A DNA stretch of 32,000 nt, taken from the NCBI RefSeq assembly GCF_900199515.1, contig NZ_LT963434.1:453272-485271 (forward strand). The letters run 5' to 3'. Of the stretch, positions 18,637 through 26,394 are shown in pieces (the stretch's first letter is position 1; every line of letters starts with the position of its first letter). Under the pieces are notes generated by a model that made no database searches, was not told the DNA's origin, and saw only the letters and a program-made list of their open reading frames with translations. This DNA comes from Massilicoli timonensis (GTDB taxonomy: Bacteria > Bacillota_I > Bacilli_A > Erysipelotrichales > Erysipelotrichaceae). Both the position numbers and the translations under genes were made by a program.

Positions 18637-18831
18637 GTAGCAGCCCGGTTTTTGCCTGCAAGGAATCAGTCCTTGCTTATGAAAGCGGCAGATATAAAAC
18701 AAAAGGAAGTGGATCCTGTCCATCTAAGCGGATGGCAATAGGCAGGTGCTGTTTATCCGGGTGTGCATATACGATCAAATGCTGTGCACTTTCTTATGGA
18801 TAAACGCAATCTTCTATTCTAAAAAACAGCC

Positions 18832-20181
18832 TCATCGATCGATGCGCGTACTTTGATCCGTCTTTCGCACACGCATGTTGCGATAAAAACAGCCTACCAG
18901 CACGATTGCCATCAGACACCACGAAATCGGCTCCGCCAGCGCAACGCCGAGATAGCCGCATGCAGGCACCAGCGTAAAGGTAACGATGATCTTGACCAGC
19001 ATCTCAATGATCGAAGATACGATCGGTACCGTACCGTTGCCAAGCCCCTGCAGCGCACTGCGGTAAAGAAACAGCAAGGCAAGCGCAAAGTAAAAAAGAC
19101 TCATGATCTGTGTATAAAAAACAGCCGGTTCCACGACTTCACGATGTTTCCCATCGATCAGAAAACCGATGAGAAAGGAAGCGGCGCTAAAGGACAGCAC
19201 AATGACCGCTGCTGCCCAGACAAATGAAACCCAGACGCTTTTTTTGACACCTTCTAAAATACGTGACAATTGATTGGCACCCAGATTTTGCGAAACAAAT
19301 GTCGTAACCGCAATGCCGAGACTGATGAAGGGCTGCATCAGCATCTCCACGATCTTACGTGCCGCCGTATGTGCCGCAATCGTCATCTTGCCCAACTGAT
19401 TGACTGCGCTTTGTAACACCAGCGTACCGATGGAAACGATCGAATTCATCAAGCCCATCGAGATCCCCATCGTAAGCTGCTTGACAAACAGCTCTTTTTC
19501 CAAGCGGAAATCACTTCGCTTCACTAGAAAAAGCGGATAACGGCGCCGGATATAAAGAAAGCACAGCAGCGTTGCCAAAGCCTGTGCGATCACGGTCGCA
19601 AGCGCCGCACCGGCAATGCCAAGCGGAATGATCGCCACCAGCACATAATCGAGCACGACATTGAGAATACTGGCGATGATCAGAAAATACAGCGGTGTTT
19701 TGGCATCGCCGACACAGCGCAGCAGACTCGCAAACAGATTGTAGAGCATCGTAACGACGATCCCTGCCATGATGATCACCAAATAAAGCGCAGCCATATC
19801 TAAAATGGAAGCCGGGGTCTTTAATAAAAGCAGGATCGGCCTTGCCAAAGCGATGGAAATGACGCACAATAAGATCGACGCGCTGAAACAGATCACATAA
19901 CTGCCGGCGGTCGCCTGTTTCATCCCTCGCTCATTTCTTGCACCGAAGAACTGCGCAACCAAAATACCGACGCCCGTCGCCATCCCATTGCAAAAACCGA
20001 TTACCAAATTGGCAACCGTTGTACTGGCGCCCATTGCCGCCAACGGATCCACACCGAGAAACTGTCCGACGATCATTGTATCCGCCATCAGATACAGCTG
20101 CTGAAACACATTTCCAAACAAGATCGGCACACTGAAAAAAAGAATCAGTTTCAATGGATTTCCACTTGTCATATCTTTCAT
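18832..20181 (-). CDS. MATE-family efflux transporter
   Basis: Twelve hydrophobic segments and the N-terminal MATE signature GNPLKLILFFSVPILFGNVFQQLYLMADTMIVGQFLG. The track start at 20232 is a TTG inside the promoter. The ATG at 20181 is 5 nt after SD GGGTGA; 20187 is an alternative start. Confidence 0.85.
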   Translation of the reverse strand: MKDMTSGNPLKLILFFSVPILFGNVFQQLYLMADTMIVGQFLGVDPLAAMGASTTVANLVIGFCNGMATGVGILVAQFFGARNERGMKQATAGSYVICFSASILLCVISIALARPILLLLKTPASILDMAALYLVIIMAGIVVTMLYNLFASLLRCVGDAKTPLYFLIIASILNVVLDYVLVAIIPLGIAGAALATVIAQALATLLCFLYIRRRYPLFLVKRSDFRLEKELFVKQLTMGISMGLMNSIVSIGTLVLQSAVNQLGKMTIAAHTAARKIVEMLMQPFISLGIAVTTFVSQNLGANQLSRILEGVKKSVWVSFVWAAAVIVLSFSAASFLIGFLIDGKHREVVEPAVFYTQIMSLFYFALALLFLYRSALQGLGNGTVPIVSSIIEMLVKIIVTFTLVPACGYLGVALAEPISWCLMAIVLVGCFYRNMRVRKTDQSTRIDR

Positions 20182-20203
20182 CTTCATCACCCTATGGCTC
20201 AAG

Positions 20204-20232
20204 ATTTTATCATACCTCCCTATCCCTGACAA
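20204..20232 (-). promoter_or_regulatory. sigma-A-type promoter of the MATE gene
   Basis: Minus strand TTGTCA (20227-20232), 17-nt spacer, extended -10 TGATAAAAT (-10 at 20204-20209). Confidence 0.6.
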
Positions 20233-20254
20233 CTACCATCTATTCCTTTCGTCT

Positions 20255-22267
20255 TTATAAAGAAGCAAGCAGGTGCACACCGATACAGAGTAAAACACCG
20301 ATACACAAAGGAATGAAAAATGCCAGCACGGTCAAACGCTTAGAGCCGCTTTCCCGATAGATCGTCATCAAAGTCGTCGCGCAGGGAAAGTGAAAGAGCG
20401 AAAAAAGCATGACGCAAAGGGCACTGATCCAAGTCCAGCCGTTGGCGATAAACAGTTCCCGCAGCAATGTAAAGCTGCCCAGCTCCATCATGACACCGCT
20501 TGCCGTATAGCCCATCATCACGATCGGCAAAACGATTTCATTAGCGGGAAATCCCAGAAAAAACGCCAGCAGGATCACTCCATCCATGCCAAGCAGATGA
20601 GCAAAAGGATCCAGCCAATTCGCTGCCGCTTGAAACAGCGACTGCTGTTCCACCATCACATTGCTTAATACCCATAGGAAGATACCGCCGAAAAATGCCG
20701 CAGCCACTGCTCTGCCTAATACCTTCAGCGTGCGATCGCAAAAAGAGCGCACCAGGATCTGTAAAAGCTGCGGACGGCGATACGGTGGCAGTTCTAATGC
20801 AAAAGAAGCGGGCGTATCACGATATAGCGTACGCGACAGGATCCGATTTATCACAAGGGTCACTGCAATCGAGAGCAGAATAAATAAGCATAAAAACAAA
20901 GCTGCCAGCACCGAATCGATCCAAGTATGGCGCATCGTCGTAAAAAAGATCGTAATCAGCGCAATGAGCGTAGGAAAACGGCCATTGCAGGGAACAAATG
21001 CGTTGGTAAGGATCGCCAGCTCCCGCTCCTTTCTGCCATCAATGATACGGGCGCCGCTTACCCCTACCGCATTGCACCCAAACCCCATGCACATCGTCAA
21101 AGCCTGCTTCCCACATGCACCGCTTTTCGCAAATGCCCCATCCAGCTGAAACGCCACACGCGGTAAATAACCAAGATCCTCTAAAAACGTAAACAGCGGA
21201 AAAAAGATCAGCATTGGCGGCAGCATGACAGAAACGACCCAGCCTACCGTACGAAAAATGCCCTGCACCAGAAAAGACTGCCAAAGCCATGGCATATGCA
21301 CCTTTTCACAGCCTGCTAACAAAACCGCTTCCAGTTCCCGAAATAATGCGGAAAGCCAGGCGCTTGGCAGATTCGCTCCTTCCATCGTGATCCAGAAAAC
21401 GACAAACAGCATGACCAGCATCAACAAGATGCCGTAGACACGATGCGTCGCCAGCCGATCAAACTTAGAAAGCGGCAGCTTATCGGTCTTTTGTTCTGTC
21501 TGCAATAAGATCTGCGTCGCTTTTTCCTGATAAGCGGCAGCGACCAGATCATAACCGTTTCCCACTTGCTTGTCTTTTAAGCGTTTTTGTGAAACAAGCA
21601 CTTTCAGATCCCGGCTTTTTTCATCACACAAAGCTGCCAGCGCCTCAAAACGAGATGGATAGTGCACTTCCAGCACCTGCAATTCTTCCTCCACTTCTTT
21701 GCGGTATGGAAGCGAGAAGGTATTTTTATGCAAGGGATGCTCTGCGATCGCCTGCTTGAGCGCCTGTAAACTTTTTTTATGGGTCGCACTTACGGCAACC
21801 ACCTCACAGCCAAGCAGCGAAGCAAGCCGTTGGGTATCGATCTTTATCTGCCTGCGCTTTGCTTCATCGATCAAATTCAGGACGATCATACAGGGAATCC
21901 CCAGTTCCAGCACTTGAAACACGAGATGCAGATTGCGCCTTAACAGCGTCGCATCACAGACGATGACACAAAGATCAAATGCTTTTTCCATCAAACACTG
22001 TGCACTGATCGATTCTTCCTGTGAATGTGGGAACAAAGAGTAGGTACCCGGCAGATCGACCAATTCAATCAGCGTATCTTTATAAAGGCATGTGCCGCTT
22101 GCCAATTCCACCGTTTTCCCCGGCCAGTTTCCCGTGTGCTGACGCATCTTGGTCAAAGCGTTGAACACCGTGCTTTTCCCTACATTGGGATTACCGCACA
22201 AAACGACTCTGCGGCGGCTTAGTTTTTCATTGATCCCGTCATTGGCCTGCTTTATTGCCGCCCACAT
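20255..22267 (-). CDS. feoB: ferrous iron transporter FeoB
   Basis: 670 aa with an N-terminal G-domain (GNPNVGKSTVFNALT, DLPGTYS, NLIDEA) and a polytopic gate/nucleoside-recognition membrane domain. It overlaps the feoA stop by 16 nt. Confidence 0.92.
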   Translation of the reverse strand: MWAAIKQANDGINEKLSRRRVVLCGNPNVGKSTVFNALTKMRQHTGNWPGKTVELASGTCLYKDTLIELVDLPGTYSLFPHSQEESISAQCLMEKAFDLCVIVCDATLLRRNLHLVFQVLELGIPCMIVLNLIDEAKRRQIKIDTQRLASLLGCEVVAVSATHKKSLQALKQAIAEHPLHKNTFSLPYRKEVEEELQVLEVHYPSRFEALAALCDEKSRDLKVLVSQKRLKDKQVGNGYDLVAAAYQEKATQILLQTEQKTDKLPLSKFDRLATHRVYGILLMLVMLFVVFWITMEGANLPSAWLSALFRELEAVLLAGCEKVHMPWLWQSFLVQGIFRTVGWVVSVMLPPMLIFFPLFTFLEDLGYLPRVAFQLDGAFAKSGACGKQALTMCMGFGCNAVGVSGARIIDGRKERELAILTNAFVPCNGRFPTLIALITIFFTTMRHTWIDSVLAALFLCLFILLSIAVTLVINRILSRTLYRDTPASFALELPPYRRPQLLQILVRSFCDRTLKVLGRAVAAAFFGGIFLWVLSNVMVEQQSLFQAAANWLDPFAHLLGMDGVILLAFFLGFPANEIVLPIVMMGYTASGVMMELGSFTLLRELFIANGWTWISALCVMLFSLFHFPCATTLMTIYRESGSKRLTVLAFFIPLCIGVLLCIGVHLLASL

Positions 22268-22485
22268 ATCTTCACCTCGATCCTTGCACCATCCTCATTG
22301 CGCAAGGCAATCAGACTGTTTTGGATCCAATACGCCTTCATATTGCCAAAAGGATTTACAAATGCCGGACGCACCTGATTTCCTTTTACAAATCCCAGAT
22401 CATAAAAACGTCTTAACAAACGCGGCGGCGCTTTGACCGCGATGATTTCGACCGTTTCATTTTGTTTTGCTTCCGGTAACTTCAT
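22252..22485 (-). CDS. feoA: FeoA-family iron transport protein
   Basis: 77 aa, SH3-like FeoA pattern (ETVEIIAV...RRFYDLGFVKGNQV...IALRNEDGARIEV). SD TAGGAGG is present and it lies directly upstream of feoB. Confidence 0.85.
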   Translation of the reverse strand: MKLPEAKQNETVEIIAVKAPPRLLRRFYDLGFVKGNQVRPAFVNPFGNMKAYWIQNSLIALRNEDGARIEVKICGRQ

Positions 22486-22677
22486 ATTTCGCCTCCTATG
22501 CTATGATATGAAAACCATGCGCTTTCGGAAGCGGGAAATGACCCAGTACGATCTTCGCATTTTTTTCAGATTCCACGGTGCTGCTGCTCAAACTTCGCGT
22601 ATCAGCGCACATTGCGGTTTGCTTCATTTTGTGCTACAATAGCGAAAACTTGAAAGCGGATGAGGAGCGTGAAAACG

Positions 22678-23277
22678 ATGAAAAACGAACTGAAAATGAT
22701 GATCGGTTCTGAGGAAACGATCTTATACGAAGGCAAACCGGATAAAAAGTGCTTTTTATTTGAAAGTATCTTTCATCCGCTGCTGCCGGTCGCGATCATA
22801 TGGGCGATCTTTGATCTCAGTTTTTTCAATCAAATGGGAATAGTGGGCATGCAAACATTTCTGATTCCCTTTATGCTGCTTCATATGATGCCGGTGTGGA
22901 TTTATCTTTTTGGCGTTATTTTTTCCATTAGAAAATATCAAAATACTTATTATATCGTAACGGATCATGCAGTCTATCTCTCAAGCGGGATCTTTGCGAT
23001 GCAGTTTGCCGCGAAAACCTTTGCCGAGCTCTCCCGCATCGACTTGCACCGAGGCATATTTGATCAGCTGTTCCATGTCGGCGACATCGTGATCACCACC
23101 GATCAGATCGGTAAAAGAAATATGCCGGTCGTATTGACCATCGGCAGCATCGCTAATTATGCAGAAGTATATCAGCTCGTTAAAAAGCTGCAAAAAGACA
23201 TCTATTCCGATGTCATGTATCCAAATGATCTTAGACCGGAAGAAAACCACGGATATCGAACAAAATATAAGGGATGA
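22678..23277 (+). CDS. membrane protein with bacterial PH (bPH_2/YdbS-YdbT-like) domain
   Basis: Two or three TM helices followed by YYIVTDHAVYLSSGIF...FAELSRIDLHRGIFDQLFHVGDIVITT, typical of PF03703. The ATG at 22678 follows SD GAGGAG; the track start is 22660. Confidence 0.75.
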   Translation: MKNELKMMIGSEETILYEGKPDKKCFLFESIFHPLLPVAIIWAIFDLSFFNQMGIVGMQTFLIPFMLLHMMPVWIYLFGVIFSIRKYQNTYYIVTDHAVYLSSGIFAMQFAAKTFAELSRIDLHRGIFDQLFHVGDIVITTDQIGKRNMPVVLTIGSIANYAEVYQLVKKLQKDIYSDVMYPNDLRPEENHGYRTKYKG

Positions 23278-23330
23278 TCGCAGACAGCAGCACCTCGCAA
23301 AAGGTACAGCAGAGCAACTATTTCCCAATG

Positions 23331-23365
23331 AAAAAGAAACGGCAGCTATGAACCGTTTCTTTTTC
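23331..23365. terminator. bidirectional rho-independent terminator between convergent genes
   Basis: AAAAAGAAACGG-N10-CCGTTTCTTTTTC: a 7-bp GC-containing stem flanked by an A-run and a T-run. Confidence 0.75.
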
Positions 23366-23420
23366 TTCCCCGATTGATTAGAATCATACAAATGTTACAC
23401 ATCATTTTATCGTCATGCGC

Positions 23421-23786
23421 TTATTTTTTAGATGCAAGAGCGTAAATGGAAACGCCGAAGCAAGCTGCCACGCAGTCCACAATACTGAATGTATTTTGGG
23501 TAAACTGCAAATAAAGCAAAGATGCCAGCGCAACGACCGCAATGATCGCACCCAATACCTTCGCAACAGCAGTGCTGTTTTTTACACAGGCGATTCCGCA
23601 TACGATCGCAAATAAAGCCACGGCATAGGCCAATACCACAACCAGCACTTCTTGTGTTTCATGGCCCGGCAGGACATTGTTGAGCGTACCCATTAACGCC
23701 AACGTGCCGACAACGGCATAAATCAAACCAAAGACGATCATAATCATGCCGATCAGTTTCAAAGCAGTTGCATTACTGTTTTTCAT
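23421..23786 (-). CDS. small integral membrane protein (4 predicted TM helices), function unknown
   Basis: 121 aa and almost entirely hydrophobic (LIGMIMIVFGLIYAVVGTLALMG..., VLVVVLAYAVALFAIVCGIA...). It is driven by a near-consensus promoter. Confidence 0.6.
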   Translation of the reverse strand: MKNSNATALKLIGMIMIVFGLIYAVVGTLALMGTLNNVLPGHETQEVLVVVLAYAVALFAIVCGIACVKNSTAVAKVLGAIIAVVALASLLYLQFTQNTFSIVDCVAACFGVSIYALASKK

Positions 23787-23819
23787 AATTGTTCTATCCT
23801 CTCTTTCAAAACGTGTGTA

Positions 23820-23848
23820 ATTCTATCATTTATGGGAATAAATGTCAA
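23820..23848 (-). promoter_or_regulatory. near-consensus sigma-A promoter of the small membrane protein gene
   Basis: Minus strand TTGACA (23843-23848), 17-nt spacer, extended -10 TGATAGAAT (-10 at 23820-23825). Confidence 0.7.
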
Positions 23849-23850
23849 AT

Positions 23851-23902
23851 AAAACACCGAAACAGCGATTTCTATCAAAACACCGAAACAGCGATTTCTA
23901 TT
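23851..23902. repeat. 2 x 26-bp perfect tandem direct repeat abutting the -35 element
   Basis: AAAACACCGAAACAGCGATTTCTAT(C/T) at 23851-23876 and 23877-23902. The units differ only at the last base. The repeat starts 2 bp upstream of the TTGACA box. Confidence 0.9.
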
Positions 23903-23987
23903 CCCTGTTTATTGTTTCAAAGTGCCTGTTTTACATGATCATGCACACATAATCACTGCTTGCCGTCTAACAAATTTGCAAAATTAT

Positions 23988-24026
23988 GAACTTTTTATCC
24001 CGTTGCCGCATAGAAATGGTATAATC
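23988..24026. repeat. left copy of the 39-bp direct repeat flanking the IS pair
   Basis: GAACTTTTTATCCCGTTGCCGCATAGAAATGGTATAATC matches 28367-28405 at 38/39 positions (C at 23999 versus T at 28379). Confidence 0.9.
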
Positions 24027-25998
24027 CCAAGTTTGACACCTAGACAATGAAAAAACTCAAGAAAAGCTGATAAATAAAGGCTAATCTTGAGTTTTCGTTT
24101 TGTAACGATATGTGGTATTTTTTTATCTGTTCTTTGATTTGTGGATAATATTTCTCATTTTCTTCTGTTTGATAATCTGGGTATCTGTATAAAATCCAAA
24201 CAATTCATGTAATTTGTCTGTTAGATCGGTTCGTTTATAAGTCGGTATATATCCATATCCTTCTATCTCACATACATTCATTTCTCGTAATGTATGTATG
24301 ATCTGTTCTACGCTATATTCCTTATCTAACTTTTCTTCCAGTAAACGATAAACCAACAGTGATATGAAACAGATCAGAAAATGCGCCTTGATCCGATCCT
24401 CTCTTTGTAAATATACTGGCCTTGCCTCAAACTCTGTTTTCATGATACGAAAGCATTCTTCTATCTGCCATCTTCTTTGGTTGATCTGAATAATTTCTTC
24501 TATGCTTCCATCTATATCCGTTGTAACGGCATAGAAACCATCATACATTGCTTCTTGTCCTATCTTTTCCTGATCTAGTTCATAAATAACTTGATCAGCG
24601 ACTTCTCCATATTCTGTAACGGATGTTTTCTTTATGAATCTAGCCGGATCATTCGGGTTCTTCCGCTCTTTTCTAATGTTCTTGCTTGTATTTAATAGTT
24701 TTTGTGCTCGTTCTAATTGCTTTTGACGTATATTTGCTTGATAAGCACGATATTTAGGCGAATAGGTTACGATCATCGTTTCAGATAGTTTCTTTGATTC
24801 GATAGGTACTTCTTTATAATAAATCTCTCCGTAAACAGATGGATCGCTTTCGTCTAATTCACGCAAATCGATCAATCGATTACTTCCTACTTTTCTAAAT
24901 TGAGTAGGATCCAAAGCAATTTCTCTATCTTCTTTCTTCAGTTTCTTCAAGGATTGGGCAATAACATAAGAACGTCCTTGCATATCATTGAACAGTTTAT
25001 TATCTTGAGAACCTAGACCGGCATCACTGCAATAGATAAACTCACTGCAATCAAAATCACGAATGATCTTCTGTTCTAAAGGCTTCAATGTTTTCTGTTC
25101 ATTTTGATTGCCGGGATACAGATCGAAAGCCAAAGGGATCCCATCGGTATCCATAAACAGTCCCATCGTAACGATTGGATTTGGCCGATGTTCTTTTGAT
25201 TTTCCATATTTTCTTAAATCATCGTCCTCTTCAATTTCAAAATAGTAATTGGTACAGTCATAATAAAGGACCTTTGTATTACGATGATGAATGAAGTGAG
25301 AGTTCTTATAAACTTCGGATTGAATATAATCAGATTCTTGAGCGAGAATAGATAACGCTCTGTAAATATGATGGATATCATATTTAGGCTGTTCCAGCAA
25401 GGTGTGAGCGAAATCATAAGAGCTCTTTTTACTGGAAGGATGAAGGATACGAGAATAGATCAGATCGGAGAAGATGGATTGAATAGGGAAAGTGAAGTTA
25501 TGACGGGTTTTCATGTTGCGGAAGATATTATCGAAGCGAAGCTGAGAGCAAATAGATTGAAGAAACAAATAACCGCAATTAAAAGAATGTTGTTCATTTT
25601 TCTTGATATGTAGATTAGGATGAAAAGATATAGAAACTTTTTCATTTTCTTGATCATATTGTTCGGTAGCAAGACGAGCCTGCTCTTTGGCCCAGGCAAG
25701 GACCTGATCACGATCATTGTTATGAAGAGGAAGGAGTTGATCCATAGAGCCAAGTTTTTTATAGATTTTGGAAGTATTCTTACCGTTTATTCTGTAAGAG
25801 TGAATAATATAGAGTTGTTCAGCATTCTTAGATTTGACAATATTGATACGCATAGAAGGATCACCACCTAACGACATTATAACACAATACGGCACAATAC
25901 GCTATACAAAAACTAAAAAATTGACAAAAAAAGTATAAAAAAAGCTTTTGATTAAGCCTTTATTTGAATATTGTTATTTTTTTAGGTGTCAAACTCCC
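24027..25998 (-). mobile_element. IS1634-family insertion sequence, copy 1
   Basis: 1,972-bp block repeated at +2,368 bp. It has 13-bp terminal inverted repeats AGTTTGACACCTA (24030-24042 / 25983-25995) and a single DDE transposase ORF. It is visibly more AT-rich than its flanks. The ends are ambiguous by a few bp. Confidence 0.85.
24123..25853 (-). CDS. IS1634-family DDE transposase
   Basis: N-terminus MRINIVKSKNAEQLYIIHSYRINGK is typical of IS1634 transposases. D-D-E context: LYYDCTNYYFE, IYCSDAGLGS, and the Y-R-E-K-type block RRWQIEECFRIMKTEF. The ATG at 25853 follows SD AGGTGGTGA; the track start is 25895. Confidence 0.85.
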   Translation of the reverse strand: MRINIVKSKNAEQLYIIHSYRINGKNTSKIYKKLGSMDQLLPLHNNDRDQVLAWAKEQARLATEQYDQENEKVSISFHPNLHIKKNEQHSFNCGYLFLQSICSQLRFDNIFRNMKTRHNFTFPIQSIFSDLIYSRILHPSSKKSSYDFAHTLLEQPKYDIHHIYRALSILAQESDYIQSEVYKNSHFIHHRNTKVLYYDCTNYYFEIEEDDDLRKYGKSKEHRPNPIVTMGLFMDTDGIPLAFDLYPGNQNEQKTLKPLEQKIIRDFDCSEFIYCSDAGLGSQDNKLFNDMQGRSYVIAQSLKKLKKEDREIALDPTQFRKVGSNRLIDLRELDESDPSVYGEIYYKEVPIESKKLSETMIVTYSPKYRAYQANIRQKQLERAQKLLNTSKNIRKERKNPNDPARFIKKTSVTEYGEVADQVIYELDQEKIGQEAMYDGFYAVTTDIDGSIEEIIQINQRRWQIEECFRIMKTEFEARPVYLQREDRIKAHFLICFISLLVYRLLEEKLDKEYSVEQIIHTLREMNVCEIEGYGYIPTYKRTDLTDKLHELFGFYTDTQIIKQKKMRNIIHKSKNR

Positions 25999-26006
25999 GG
26001 AATAAA

Positions 26007-26213
26007 ATGACCGTGGCTTTGAAAGATCGCAGCTTAGTTGATTTCGATGAATTAAAAGCGGCCGGTGCTTATGTCATCCTAGAATCAAAAGATGGATATT
26101 TATTGCGTTTAGGCAACTGTTCGACGATCATCGCACGGGAAATGATCAAGCAAATGGAAGAAAAAGAGCATGCGTCTATGCAAACGATAGAAGAAAATGC
26201 CGCCGTTCATTAG
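26007..26213 (+). CDS. orphan 68-aa ORF in the inter-IS segment, possibly the 3' remnant of an IS-truncated gene
   Basis: The frame is open right up to the IS end at 25998/25999, and no SD precedes the ATG at 26007. The track start at 25986 is a GTG inside the IS inverted repeat. I recognise no family for the sequence (MTVALKDRSLVDFDELKAAGAYVILESKDG...). Confidence 0.3.
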   Translation: MTVALKDRSLVDFDELKAAGAYVILESKDGYLLRLGNCSTIIAREMIKQMEEKEHASMQTIEENAAVH

Positions 26214-26394
26214 AAGCCGTGTTTTCTTTCGATCATCCTATCCATATACATAGGATAAAGAATTCGGGGATAGCTTTGTTGTCATTCGATCTGACAGCGG
26301 ATAAGCTCTTCGGATTCTTTTTTATTAGATAAGTTACACTTTCCACATATAAAAAACAGAAAGATTATAAAAAAAGAGGAAATTTGTTATAATC

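Noticed and set aside
22486-22560. Fur box upstream of feoA.
   Set aside because: I found no convincing match to the 19-bp GATAATGATAATCATTATC-type palindrome, only a short CGCTT-CCGA-AAGCG hairpin. I cannot support a regulatory call.
22433-22642. 69-aa plus-strand ORF in the feoA / PH-domain intergenic region.
   Set aside because: It starts inside feoA on the opposite strand and runs through the divergent promoter region. It has no SD and the sequence is low-complexity.
23851-23902. Possible CRISPR-like repeat.
   Set aside because: There are only two units, directly adjacent with no spacer, and no cas genes. It is a tandem duplication or regulatory site, not a CRISPR array.
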